A stretch of 62,856 bases of DNA, filler included, from 7 parts of 7 records of this genome joined end to end with filler, not necessarily neighbours in it, one strand, 5' to 3'; numbered from the whole stretch's first letter, positions 28,898 to 39,974 are shown. Made by a program: numbers and translations. Notes: generated by a model from the sequence alone, not told the origin.

Positions 28898-31800
28898 CGG
28901 GGTGGAATTGGAGACCGTAGAATCGCTTCTGAGGGTGCCAGAGAGCGGCATGAGGGCAGTTTTCGGTGTGTGCAAGATTTTCGAACCCAGTCGGGATTTT
29001 TGTCAGTTTGTCACCGTGCGACATCCACTATGGACGATAAAAAAAAAACAAAGAAATAAGTTCTTAGATTACCACTATGGGGACGAACACGAGAATAAAA
29101 AAAAAGCTCCTAAATAAGTCAAAAGTGACACGATCATTGGATAAATCAATACAACTAGAAAAATCATCATCTGAATGAATGTCCAGTCTTCTCTGATTTC
29201 TGCTTGGTTGTAATGGTCAGTTCTCCAACGCATGTGAGTCCTCACTTGATGACGACCACTTTCAGATGGGGCTTTAAGAGTCCGATGTATTTCCTTTCTT
29301 TATAGCGAATCAAAACGGAAGTGGTGCTGAGGGACGCGGCCCCAAACCAGGTCAGTTCTGATCTGCGGTGACCCATTTGGGTTTGATATCGAATGCTAGA
29401 GAAAATACCCTCGGGTATGGGTCATAGGTATAGGTCATGAGTATGGATATGGGTATTCGTATGGGTATGGAGATGGGTATGGAGAATGGTCTGACTATGA
29501 GTCATGAGTAAAGTTACTAGTATGAATGTGAGTATGGGCATGACTTGTACCATTCTAGATGTAGCGGGAAGGCCGGCAAAGAGGTCACAGTGGGGCACAT
29601 CAATCAGAAGAGTAGAGTGGCCGAACTCTCGCTCGGATGCACCTTGTACTTCGCCACCGAGCTGGAAAAAAACATCAAACAAAAGAGAAAGTTCGGTATT
29701 CAAGAACATCATCATCAACATTTATTGTTTTCCACCTCGCATTTTTGCTCATTGTGGAAAACGATAAATAATGATGATTGCATTGAATAGCAGATGCTGC
29801 GAATGGCAATACCCAGAGCCACAACAGAATCCAGTCAATTTATTTAATCAGGGGAATGTCGGAGAATAAGGGCTCGGAACCAGGAACATTCATTGCCCGC
29901 CACAGATAGAGAGTGCTTCAAGAGTGCATCCCCGAACCTCTCTATTCACCTTTTCACCGTTTGTTTTAATGGTTGATCAGCCTTGGGAAGTCATTTCTTG
30001 AACACATCAGATGTCGAGAAAGGGAACCGAGACTAACATGTAGTATTCTCTCTTTTCCAATGACCACCTCAATAAAAAACACACATCGAAATCACCTTTT
30101 GTAGGGAAGCTCAATAATCGTTATTCGAAGATTCAATACCTCACGAGCCATTTCATACACACCGATGCCAAGAATGGGGAGCCTAGACTTCTAACAGGTA
30201 CTATTTCCTTTCCCAATGACCATCCCAATAAAAACACATCGAAGTCACAAAAAAGCTTACCTGATGGGCCATTTCTTGAACACCATAGCAGATGCCGAGA
30301 ATGGGGATGCCGAGCGACCACACATCAGAATGCACATGGGGAGAGGCGGCCTCATACACGCTAGCAGGCCCACCTGGCCAGAAAAAAAGAAAAAAGAAAG
30401 AAGAAAGAGGAATAAGATCCACCGTTTTTTTCCCTCTTTTTTTTTCCAGACAACAGTTGAAGAAAGAAGAGAGACCTGAAATTGTTATGCCATGCAGAGG
30501 CGGTAAACCTGGGCCTCAGATGATGATCTGGATCTGTGATGTGGATCTGGAGCGCAGGTGGTATTCGAGCAATTTGGGAAGAGCAGTGATAATGGCTATG
30601 GGACGAATACGATCAATGCAGGAAATAGTAGCAAAAAGAGTCTACGTCGAAGCATTACAGCATCCGATCCTGGAAATTGTTGCCCCGCTTTTTGTTCTGT
30701 TTAGGTTCCTTGGTGCGGAATTATTCGTCCAGTTATGGCAAAGCGTAGTTATTATTGAACTTGAACACTCTATGCTATCGCAGCTTTCATATTGTCGTAG
30801 CCTGATTTGCGTTCTTGCTCCTTGTGGCAAACATGAATTGATGCTGCAGATGATGATGCCCCGAAATGAAGTCGGTCGATGTGCAGGAATAAGAAAATTA
30901 ACTGTGTCAATCCCTCAAACAGCGTGGATTGGCTCAACTAGCTAGTGATAAAAGGAAGAGGTCGGCCTCCTGGACTTTGATTGTTTCTGGCGAATCTACG
31001 GAATCCTGAACACTCTATTCTCTGTAGCTGCTATTCGGCTTTACCATTCATTTTCATTCTGGTCCACAGCTTGCAAGCAGATTCATTGTGGATGACAATA
31101 AATGAATGATGGGGTCAGAGAAGCCCATAGCTTCTTGAGGGAGATTTTAAATGATGAAGATTTCAGCTTCGAAGGGCCTTTCAGACCACCATTTATAGGA
31201 AGAAAGGTGTGTGATCTGTCTAGAATATGTCTCTTTTGCAACGAGACTGAACGGTCTCCTCATTCGAAGGATAGAGGAGAATAACGTTAGATTCGATCTA
31301 CGGACTGAAATATGATCTTGCGAAGCTGTTGCTCAATTCTTTCTTTCGATGATGATTATAATGGTGATGATTGCGTGTCTTCGAGCAACAATATTGTTCT
31401 GTTCATTGATGGGTTCCAACTTCCTGCGTTGAGAAAGTCAATAATTTGGAAATGAGTAGTTTCCTTAGAATTTTCAGATCGCCTGGCGCTCTCAGGCACC
31501 AGTTTCGGAGTATTTCTTACTCTTTTTTATCTCTCATTGTTACTCGAAGGTTAGGTTGATGGGAGCTCAACTGTTGACCAGAATAATCTATTGTGAGTGG
31601 CATTGTATTCGGAAGTCGATCATCTGCTTATATCTCGAACGGGGGCTGTTTCCGGAAGACTGCAGGCAAAATCGACATATCCTTCAAAATAAAGTAATTA
31701 ATGCTTATTGAGAACAAGAAATATAAACAATTACAACTGAAAGCTGATAGAAGAGCAGGTAACTTCACAAGATTGACATTCCTAGACGTACCAGAGAGAA

Positions 31801-32053
31801 TGATTCCCTTCGGATGATGAGAGCGGATGAGTTCAATCGGAGAAGTTCCAGAAATCAATTCACAGAACACATTTGCTTCACGGACTCGTCGTGCAATCAA
31901 GTGGCTGCATAATGTCAGAACATCAACATCGGAGAGCGAAATTGATGATCAACACACAAACCTGTACTGTGAGCCAAAGTCGAGAATCAAGATGGTTTCA
32001 TGCTTGTTCTCAATAACAGATGAAACTGGTTCAACGATAGGAGATGTATCCAT
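28898..32053 (-). CDS. guaA: Eukaryotic GMP synthase, glutamine amidotransferase domain (5 exons, 3' part not in contig)
   Basis: Exons 32053-31962, 31904-31792, 30373-30261, 29661-29551 and 29027-28898 join by GT-AG into [20 protein letters not shown]...GIILSGGPASVY...LGICYGVQ...WMSHGD...GLQFHP. Confidence 0.92.
29413..29540. repeat. Degenerate (GGTATG)n-like hexamer repeat in a GMPS intron
   Basis: Run of ggtatg/agtatg/gatatg/gtcatg units. Confidence 0.65.
30500..31500 (-). mobile_element. Decayed non-LTR retrotransposon fragments in GMPS intron 2
   Basis: Minus-strand frames give PGSDAV (PGPDG-like) and [21 protein letters not shown] (RT RPIS..KLLE motif) near 30545-30675, among stops and frameshifts. 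Confidence 0.45.
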
Positions 32054-32219
32054 TTCAGAGGTGTGCTGGCGATCAGAAAGAGATCCTGAATCGAAGATCG
32101 TGTTGCTCTAGAAGCCTAGAAAGCTCGACACCGCTTGTGGTAAACAAAAGGAAACCCACAGCCCACAAAGTCTTAACGGGGATGCTCTTGAAGTGAATTG
32201 ATTTTATATCATATTCTCA

Positions 32220-32621
32220 ATGTATTCCTTGCGTTCGTGTTTCTTCATCCTTCTGCTGCTTCCACTTCTTTTGACCACAGTCCAGGCTCATCGAAAAGGT
32301 AGCAGATCATGTTCTTGTTGACATTCCCTCTCTGTTAGTTATATCTCATCGATTAAATACTTGGGGTAATAGTCGTGCAATTCGCTTCCGAATCATATCT
32401 CTGTTTATTCGAGAGATAGGAACGTGACTGACATTCTCTTTTCATTGCCATTTCATTTTCTACAGCTGCGACGGCTACTTGTGAAGATAAAATTAAGAAT
32501 GGACTTGAAAGTGATGTAGACTGTGGAGGGGCTGACTGCCCGCCGTGCGCCGTAAATCTTCAGTGCCTGAATGCGACTGATTGCGTTAACCCACTTATCT
32601 GCCATGAAAGTTTCTGTTCAG
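32220..32621 (+). CDS. Secreted Cys-rich protein (first two exons)
   Basis: Exon 32220-32298 encodes a signal peptide; exon 32466-32621 encodes [24 protein letters not shown]...C...DC...C...FC. The intron is GT-AG and in phase. Confidence 0.75.
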
Positions 32622-32969
32622 GTTTGTGATGATTGTTTGTGCTCATATATATTACTGTTATGGGAATACCTCTCAAAACCTCCCCTCGAAAGTACACAGC
32701 CGGATCATCATTCGTGCACATCGATCTTATTTTCCCTTGCTCTTCTTGTGGAGCATCGAGGATAGAATTCTCCGAAAAACATCAATTCGTCGTAGTCTTT
32801 CCAATTTGATACGTTTTCAAGAGGAGAGATCTGAATGTCAATTCCTAGCTGCAAGTAGTCCGAGTTTCACGAACTCCCCGCCATCTAATTTCCTGCGGGT
32901 GGGTTGTTAGGCTTCTCAACGATGCATTTCAAAAGCATTCTTCTGGTACCGCTAAAGTAGCCCTTGAAA

Positions 32970-33018
32970 GATGCATGAAAATTGGCTGATGCATGAAAAT
33001 TGGCTGATGCAGGAAATT
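32970..33018. repeat. 18-bp tandem repeat, about 2.7 copies
   Basis: GATGCATGAAAATTGGCT twice, then GATGCAGGAAATT. Confidence 0.8.
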
Positions 33019-33119
33019 ATAATCATATTGTCATTTAAGAGCCATCAGAGGGCAACACACCACATTGTAGCGAATAACACTACTCAATTGTGATAGGACT
33101 CCCACCCCCCGTGCACACG

Positions 33120-33199
33120 TTCACAAAAATAGCCCCTTCTCGTCACCTTATTCCAAAAGCTCGAGAATAAAGGTTCCTAAAAGGGACTATTTTTGTGAA
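33120..33199. repeat. Long inverted repeat (MITE-like or transposon sub-terminal hairpin)
   Basis: TTCACAAAAATAGCCCCTT ... AAGGGACTATTTTTGTGAA (18/19 match), with an inner CCTTATTC/GAATAAAGG stem. Confidence 0.6.
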
Positions 33200-33209
33200 G
33201 AGTCGTGCG

Positions 33210-33309
33210 NNNNNNNNNNNNNNNNNNNNNNNNNNNNNNNNNNNNNNNNNNNNTTAATTAATTAANNNNNNNNNNNNNNNNNNNNNNNNNNNNNNNNNNN
33301 NNNNNNNNN
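33210..33309. other. Artificial contig linker
   Basis: N44-TTAATTAATTAA-N44. Confidence 0.98.
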
Positions 33310-33465
33310 ATATTGATACAATCTTAGATAAGTACAATCGTGATAGTAGTTGTCAGCAAAAAGGAAAGTCATTTGAAGGCTTAATCAATTACTTATTTGA
33401 AGGAAGATTAAAAGATAAAGGGGCTGTCAATAAATGCACTGAAATCATTAGTTATTCTGATAATT
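33310..33465 (+). pseudogene. Relic of a mobA 3' end / mobB relaxase 5' end
   Basis: Aligns by eye with about 416-571 (ATCTTAGATAAGTACAATC...KSFEGLINYLFEGRLKD). ATG is changed to GTG, there is a 1-nt deletion, and similarity stops after about 43 codons. Confidence 0.85.
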
Positions 33466-33664
33466 CGGAGTAGGAGATAGAGTAGGTCTAGGTCGCAATA
33501 GCTAGCAGGACAAGGTAAATCATTTGAAAGTCGGGTGCTTGAAGAAGGAAATATTGTTTTCAACTTGCCTGAGATAAATAGCTTTGCGCTGTATCGGTAT
33601 ACATTGAAATAACAAGTATATTTCAATGAAATATATCTTTAGCTCTAAAAAAGAAACAATTCCT

Positions 33665-34963
33665 ATGTTCAAAAAACTCGCTTTATTGACCCTTATTTGG
33701 GCTTTGTGTTTACCCATAGCTTTCTCGCAACCTACAGAGAAGTTTGTAAAAGTTTTAGTGGCTGCCGACCACGCCGATTGGACCTATAAGCTAGGAGAAA
33801 AAGTAAAATTTACCATTGCTGTTTTTAAAAACGGGAATTTGGTAAAAGATGCAAAAGTAAGGTATGAAATAGGCCCTGAGAAGCAAGAACCTTCTAAGAA
33901 AGAAGCTATTAGTTTGGCCACAGGCTCGCAAATTATTGATGGAGGAACGATGACAATCTCAGGTTTTCTCCGTTGTGTTGCTATTGCAGAAATTGATGGA
34001 AAAGAATACAGAAATCTAAGTACAGCCGCTTTTGAACCCTTGACTATCAGTCCAACCGTTGAAAATCCTGCTGATTTTGATACTTTCTGGCGAGAAGCGA
34101 AAGATGAACTAGCGAAAATTCCGATAGATGCTAAAATGACATTGTTACCAGAACGGTGTACAGAAAAGGTAAATGTATATCATGTTAATCTTCAAAACTT
34201 CAAAATAGGGGCAAGGCTTTACGGCATATTGTGTGTTCCTAAAAAAGAAGGAAAATATCCTGCTTTGTTGCAAGTGCCGGGGGCTGGTGTCCGTCCTTAT
34301 GGAGGTGATATTAATAATGCAGAAAAGGGAATCATTACTTTTCAAATAGGGATTCATGGTATTCCTGTTACGATGGAACCATCTGTTTACACCGATTTGG
34401 GAGCTGGTATTTTGAATGGTTATCCTAATTATAACCTTGATGACAAAAATCGTTTTTTCTATAAAAGGGTTTATATGGGGTGTGTCAGAGCCAACGATTT
34501 TTTAACAAGTCTTCCACAATATGATGGTTCAAACCTAGCTGTTACAGGCGGTAGTCAAGGGGGAGCTTTATCCATCGTAACGGCAGCGTTAGATAGCAGG
34601 GTAAAATGGCTAGGGGCATTTTATCCAGCCTTGGCAGATGTAACAGGTTATTTAAAAGGCAGAGCAGGAGGATGGCCACACTATTTTGATAAATTGGGTA
34701 GAGCCTATAATGAAACTAAAGAAAAAATAGCGACAGTCGGGTATTATGATGTAGTGAATTTTGCACGCAGAGTAAAAGTGCCTGGGATGTATTCATGGGG
34801 GTTTAATGACGAAACCTGCCCACCAACATCTATGTATGCAGCCTACAATGTAATTACTGCACCCAAAGAGTTATTCTTAGCCCTCGATACTGGTCACTGG
34901 ACTTATCCAGAACAGGGAGAAAAAATGAATAATTGGTTACAGGAAAAGCTAAAAGGAAAGTAA
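33665..34963 (+). CDS. Acetyl xylan esterase, CE7 family, secreted
   Basis: Signal peptide, PADFDTFW, GGSQGG nucleophile elbow, DETCPP and GH catalytic His. Confidence 0.9.
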   Translation: MFKKLALLTLIWALCLPIAFSQPTEKFVKVLVAADHADWTYKLGEKVKFTIAVFKNGNLVKDAKVRYEIGPEKQEPSKKEAISLATGSQIIDGGTMTISGFLRCVAIAEIDGKEYRNLSTAAFEPLTISPTVENPADFDTFWREAKDELAKIPIDAKMTLLPERCTEKVNVYHVNLQNFKIGARLYGILCVPKKEGKYPALLQVPGAGVRPYGGDINNAEKGIITFQIGIHGIPVTMEPSVYTDLGAGILNGYPNYNLDDKNRFFYKRVYMGCVRANDFLTSLPQYDGSNLAVTGGSQGGALSIVTAALDSRVKWLGAFYPALADVTGYLKGRAGGWPHYFDKLGRAYNETKEKIATVGYYDVVNFARRVKVPGMYSWGFNDETCPPTSMYAAYNVITAPKELFLALDTGHWTYPEQGEKMNNWLQEKLKGK

Positions 34964-34995
34964 AATATAGCTTCTAGGATTTTCAACAGTGTGAT

Positions 34996-35026
34996 GAAGT
35001 CAGTATTCTCTCATAATACTGACTTC
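34996..35026. terminator. Stem-loop after the CE7 gene
   Basis: GAAGTCAGTATT-N7-AATACTGACTTC, a 12-bp stem. Confidence 0.55.
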
Positions 35027-35060
35027 CATACGTTCATGTTTAATAAAGTAAAAAACTTTT

Positions 35061-36571
35061 ATGAATATCTTCAATCGTTTGCTGATAGTATGTTGTTTGA
35101 TGGGTAATGTGGTTGCTGTAGATGCTCAGAACATAGAGACATCTAAGCATAACATCATGCCTGAGTTGAAAATATCATTCATAAAAAAGGGAGTATTAAG
35201 ACCTAGGAGTACACAGGAAATAGCCTCTTCAAATTGGATTATTGGCTGTGAAACCCTTGACCGAGATATGGCTGACTATGATCAGTACAAGGCGTATATC
35301 GCTCCTTTGGGCATCAAACGATTAAGAATGCAAGCTGGTTGGGCGAAAACCGAAAAAGTAAAAGGTAAATATGATTGGCAATGGCTGGATAAAATTATTG
35401 ACGATGCCCACAAACAGGGGTTTCAACCGTGGTTAGAGACATCATATGGTAACCCAATATATCAAGGTGGCGGTGGCATTAATTTGAGTGCAGGAATACC
35501 TACTTCGCCCGAAGCACTAGAAGCATGGGATAAGTGGGTTGAAGCCTTAGTGGTGCGTTATAAAGAAAAAGTAAGCGACTGGGAAATTTGGAATGAGCCA
35601 AATTTTGGAGATAATGAAATCAACCTTCCTGAGAAAGTAGCTGAATTGAATATTAGAACGGCAGAGATTATCAAAAAACATCAGCCAAAGGCTAAAATAT
35701 CAGGCTTGGCAATGGGGCATATTGATTTAAAATATGCTGATGTTTTTTTCAAAACAATCTATCAAAAAGGGAAAATGAGTCTTTTTGATAATATGACTTA
35801 CCATGATTATGTCTATAATCCTGATGCTAATTATGCTCATGTGGCAGCATTGAAACAGAGTTTAGATAAATATGCCCCGAATGTCAAACTACGTCAAGGC
35901 GAAAATGGTGCGCCTTCGTCAAGTGGATATGGACGTGGGGCATTGGGAGACTATGATTGGACTGAAGTTTCACAAGCCAAATGGAATGTACGTAGAATGT
36001 TAGGAGATTTAGGACATGATATAGAATCGAGTATTTTAGGAATTGTCGAGATGAATTACAGAGTAATGAACGGGCCTATTAATAAAAAGAATGTGAAAGG
36101 TATTTTAGAAGCAGATTCTCTAAACAGGGTTATTCGTCCTAAAATAGCATATTATGCGATGCAAAATGTTGCTTCTGTTTTTGATAATACCCTCCAAAGA
36201 ATTAAAAATTTAGCAACTACTCATAATATCGAAACTCCATTAAAAGCAGATGAAGTAAAGTATAATAAGGGCACCGACAGGAGTTTGGCAGTATATGGCT
36301 ATGAACATACGCAATCTAAAAAGCAAGTATTCACCATCTGGCTAGATGAAGCTATTCCAATTATTCCAATTTGACAAAAAATGTAAATTTCACTATCCTC
36401 AATGGTAATTTTGAACAACCTGTTTATGTAGATATTCTTACAGGGTTAGTTTATGAAATACCTGATAATCAGTGGCAAAAGATAGGGGATAAATACGTTT
36501 TTAATAATCTTCCAGTGTATGATGCCCCGATATTGATTGCCGATAAATCCTTGATTAGCCTTAAAAAATAG
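35061..36571 (+). CDS. Clan GH-A (GH39/GH5-like) glycoside hydrolase, frameshifted near 36360
   Basis: Signal peptide, WEIWNEP acid/base, YHDY and RQGENG nucleophile. The C-terminal beta-sandwich continues in ORF 36371-36571. Confidence 0.75.
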
Positions 36572-36609
36572 TTTATTGATTAGAACCTTTTATGAATGAT
36601 AGATTCTAA

Positions 36610-37494
36610 TCATCTTCCAGTTTGTTTCCTATATTCCATCGGGTTTTGGTTGAACTGTTTTCGAAATAGGCGATTGAAATTAGACAGATTTTTAAATCCA
36701 CATTCATAGCAAATTTCAAGGATAGATTTATTGGTTTCTTGCAAGAGTCTACAACTTTCAGTGAGGCGCATTTCGATAACAAAACTCAAAAAAGTTTTTT
36801 GTGTACGAGATTTAAAATACCTACAAAAAGCTGATTCTGAAAGATTACTTATTCCAGCAACTTCTGTGATAGAAATGTCATCTTTAAAATGTAACAAAGC
36901 GTATTCCAACACTTTATTCATTTTTAAACTATCATTGATATTGATACCACTAATAGTATTTACCGAAATAGGCTGTAATTCTTGTCCATTTGAAAGAATA
37001 TCAAAGATTTCGATAAGCTTACTAAGTCGCCCGACATTCCCTAGGTTAAGCATCTCTATCATGATTTGCTTGATTTTTTCTTTAGCTCCTCCCAACACAA
37101 GCAAACCATTCATCGATAATAGCAGTACTTTTTTCATGTTTGTCATTTCAGCACTATTGAAAAAATCTCCTCCTAAAAAATCTTCTGAAAACTGAATCAC
37201 TATGGAGCAAGGTTTTATCGGATTATCGTCTTGATAAAAACAATCGTCAGCCTTGAATAAATGAGGTACATTTTTACCAATAAATGCCACTTCTCCTTCT
37301 TGATAAGATGAGAAATTATCCCCAATAAATTTCTTTCCAAAGCCTTTTTCGCAATAAACCAGTTCATACTCTTTATGAAAATGCCAAGGCGTTTCAAAAT
37401 TTGGCGACTCATAACGGCCAATAATAAACGAACTTCCTGTGGCTAAAGGAAGCTTTTGGAAGACTGCATGCTTAGATATTTTTAAATTGGTCAA
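36610..37494 (-). CDS. AraC-family regulator
   Basis: WHFHKEYEL cupin; C-terminal SAFCRYFK and CGFKNLSNFNRLF HTH. Confidence 0.92.
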   Translation of the reverse strand: MTNLKISKHAVFQKLPLATGSSFIIGRYESPNFETPWHFHKEYELVYCEKGFGKKFIGDNFSSYQEGEVAFIGKNVPHLFKADDCFYQDDNPIKPCSIVIQFSEDFLGGDFFNSAEMTNMKKVLLLSMNGLLVLGGAKEKIKQIMIEMLNLGNVGRLSKLIEIFDILSNGQELQPISVNTISGININDSLKMNKVLEYALLHFKDDISITEVAGISNLSESAFCRYFKSRTQKTFLSFVIEMRLTESCRLLQETNKSILEICYECGFKNLSNFNRLFRKQFNQNPMEYRKQTGR

Positions 37495-37604
37495 AATAGT
37501 ATCGGTAAAAGTTATTTTATAGTGGCAATATAATATTATTCATTGTTTTTTTGTGTATTAATTTATGTTAATAACCTAAAACGGTATTATCTTACTTATT
37601 AAGT

Positions 37605-38528
37605 ATGAAAAAAAATGTATTAAACAGGCGTAATTTTTTAGCTTTTATACCCGCTATTTCCATAGCATCAACGGCTTTGGCAAATCGTAGCCATCATCAT
37701 TTACCTATCTCCTGTAACAGCTATAATTGGATTACTTTCTATAATAGAGCTCATAAAAAATGGGGTGATAATCTAGAACAAAATTTTTCTGAGTTTGTCA
37801 AAACAGGCATAAAAGCGTATGAGCCAAATATTGAAAGTCCAGCAATGGCTCAACAATTAATTCCTGTACTTAATAAATACGATATCGCATTGCCTTCTAT
37901 TTATGTCAATAGTGTTTTACACGAAAAAGAGGCAATCAAAACCTCTATCAATACGATAATAGCCATTGCAGATGTAGTTAAAAACTATGGAACAAAAATT
38001 ATTGTAACCAACCCAAGTCCGATAAAATGGGGTTCAAACGAATTGAAAAATGATGCACAGTTGAATCTTCAAGCACAGGCAATGGAAACATTGGGCAAGG
38101 AACTGAGACAAAGAGGTTTAACATTGGCTTATCACACCCATGACGTCGAGCTAAAAGCAGGTGCCAGAGAATTTCATCATATACTGCTAAATACCACTCC
38201 TCAAAATGTTTCTTTTTGTTTTGATGTACACTGGGTTTACAGAGGCTCCGACAACTCAGAAGTCGCCGTATTCGATGTCTTGAAGCTATATGGAAAAAGA
38301 ATAGCTGAGCTACATATCAGACAATCTATTGGCGGTGTATGGGCAGAAACATTTACCGCTCAAGGTGATATTGATTATACCAGATTAGCCAATGAACTCA
38401 CGAAAATGAATATCCATCCACACATTGTGATAGAACAATGTTTAGAACCCAACTCGCCCAATACTATGGATGTCGTCAGTGCTCATATAAAAGGACTTTC
38501 GGCCGTTAAAGAAACATTCTTAGGATAG
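37605..38528 (+). CDS. Tat-exported IolE/xylose-isomerase-like TIM-barrel protein
   Basis: NRRNFL Tat motif; YHTH, FDVHW, ELHIRQ and VIEQ metal ligands. Confidence 0.85.
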   Translation: MKKNVLNRRNFLAFIPAISIASTALANRSHHHLPISCNSYNWITFYNRAHKKWGDNLEQNFSEFVKTGIKAYEPNIESPAMAQQLIPVLNKYDIALPSIYVNSVLHEKEAIKTSINTIIAIADVVKNYGTKIIVTNPSPIKWGSNELKNDAQLNLQAQAMETLGKELRQRGLTLAYHTHDVELKAGAREFHHILLNTTPQNVSFCFDVHWVYRGSDNSEVAVFDVLKLYGKRIAELHIRQSIGGVWAETFTAQGDIDYTRLANELTKMNIHPHIVIEQCLEPNSPNTMDVVSAHIKGLSAVKETFLG

Positions 38529-38570
38529 CGTTTAACATTATTCAATTTAGAAAACCTTTTATTTAACAAA

Positions 38571-39959
38571 ATGGAAAATTCAAGAAGAAAATTTTTAAAG
38601 AACATGGGTGGCTCAGTAGCCGCAATATCCATTGGCACTACTGGTGTAAATGCTCATGAAGAAGTACTACACAGAAAACTGATTCCTTCTACTAAAATTA
38701 GTGCTAATGATAAAATCAGAATTGGGTTAATTGGTTCGGGCATTATTGGACATTACGATACGGATGCCGCCCTTAAAGTTGATGGGGTGGAATTAGTAGC
38801 TGTTTGTGATTTATACACTGGTCGCTTAGATAGAGCCAAGGAAAAATGGGGTAATGGCATTTTCACCACCAAAGATTACAGAGAAATATTAGCCAGAAAA
38901 GATATCGATGCCGTATTGATTTGTACACCAGACCATTGGCACCAAAAAATAGCGATTGATGCGATGAATGCGGGCAAACATGTGTATTGTGAAAAACCAA
39001 TGATTCAGAAAATAGAAGATGGACATGCTATTATTGAAACTCAAAAGAAAACAGGAAAGGTTTTTCTGGTTGGGAGCCAAAGGGCAAGTAGTTTAGCTGT
39101 TCTAGAAGCCAAAAAACACTTTGAAAAAGGAGTAATTGGCGAGTTGAGTTATGTAGAGGCTTATTGTGATAGAACCGATGCCAAAGGGGCATGGCAGTAT
39201 TCTATTCCGACAGATGCTTCGCCAGAAACCATTGATTTTGATAAGTTTTTAGGCAATGCACCTAAAGTTCCTTTCAGTGCAGAGCGTTTTTTCAGATGGC
39301 GAAATTTTAAAGATTATGGTACTGGCTCTGCTGGCGATTTAGTTGTTCATTTACTGACAGGCTTACACACCATCACAGGTTCAATAGGTCCAAATAAGAT
39401 ATTTGCATTAGGAGAAGTAAACTATTGGAAAGATGGAAGAGATGCCTATGATTTAATCAACTCATTTATGGCTTATCCTCAAACACCTACGCTATCTTCT
39501 TTTCAATTATACACACGTATTAATTTGGCAAGTGGTGAAGGAAAAAATGGTTTTGGCATAAAACTCATTGGAACAGAAGGTTCAATAGAAGTTGGTTGGA
39601 ACGACTTTAAAGTAAGAACATTGAAAAGAAGCGCAGCCCCTGGTTTCGGAGGATATGATTCTTTCGATAGTTTTTCTGCTCAACAAAAAGAAGACTATAA
39701 AAAATGGTACAAAGAAAAGTATGGCAATACCATGGGAGGTTTTGACATGGGAAAGACCATTGAATTTACAGCACCTGCCAATTATGACGACAGAGTGGAT
39801 CACATGATTTGCTTTTTTAATGGAATACGGTCGAATATACCTGTTTTAGAGGATGCCACTTTTGGACTAAGAACAGCAGGACCATCTATCGCTTGTAATA
39901 TTAGTGCTGAAAAAAACAAAGCATTGAATTGGGATGCCGAGAAAATGAAATTATCTTAA
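38571..39959 (+). CDS. Tat-exported Gfo/Idh/MocA oxidoreductase
   Basis: SRRKFL, IGSGIIG, TPDHWH, CEKP and GDLVVH. Confidence 0.9.
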   Translation: MENSRRKFLKNMGGSVAAISIGTTGVNAHEEVLHRKLIPSTKISANDKIRIGLIGSGIIGHYDTDAALKVDGVELVAVCDLYTGRLDRAKEKWGNGIFTTKDYREILARKDIDAVLICTPDHWHQKIAIDAMNAGKHVYCEKPMIQKIEDGHAIIETQKKTGKVFLVGSQRASSLAVLEAKKHFEKGVIGELSYVEAYCDRTDAKGAWQYSIPTDASPETIDFDKFLGNAPKVPFSAERFFRWRNFKDYGTGSAGDLVVHLLTGLHTITGSIGPNKIFALGEVNYWKDGRDAYDLINSFMAYPQTPTLSSFQLYTRINLASGEGKNGFGIKLIGTEGSIEVGWNDFKVRTLKRSAAPGFGGYDSFDSFSAQQKEDYKKWYKEKYGNTMGGFDMGKTIEFTAPANYDDRVDHMICFFNGIRSNIPVLEDATFGLRTAGPSIACNISAEKNKALNWDAEKMKLS

Positions 39960-39974
39960 ATAACTATTTAGCTC

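Noticed and set aside
30292-30945. 217-aa plus-strand ORF as a nested gene
   Set aside because: Antisense to a GMPS exon, its pyrimidine tract and the retroelement relic; no recognisable protein features.
30500-31380. Intronic C/D-box snoRNAs suggested by several ATGATGA motifs
   Set aside because: The motifs are antisense to the host transcript and lack matching terminal stems.
28165-33309. Horizontal transfer of bacterial DNA into a eukaryotic chromosome
   Set aside because: Every bacterial-eukaryotic junction is an artificial linker, and the bacterial genes have no introns.
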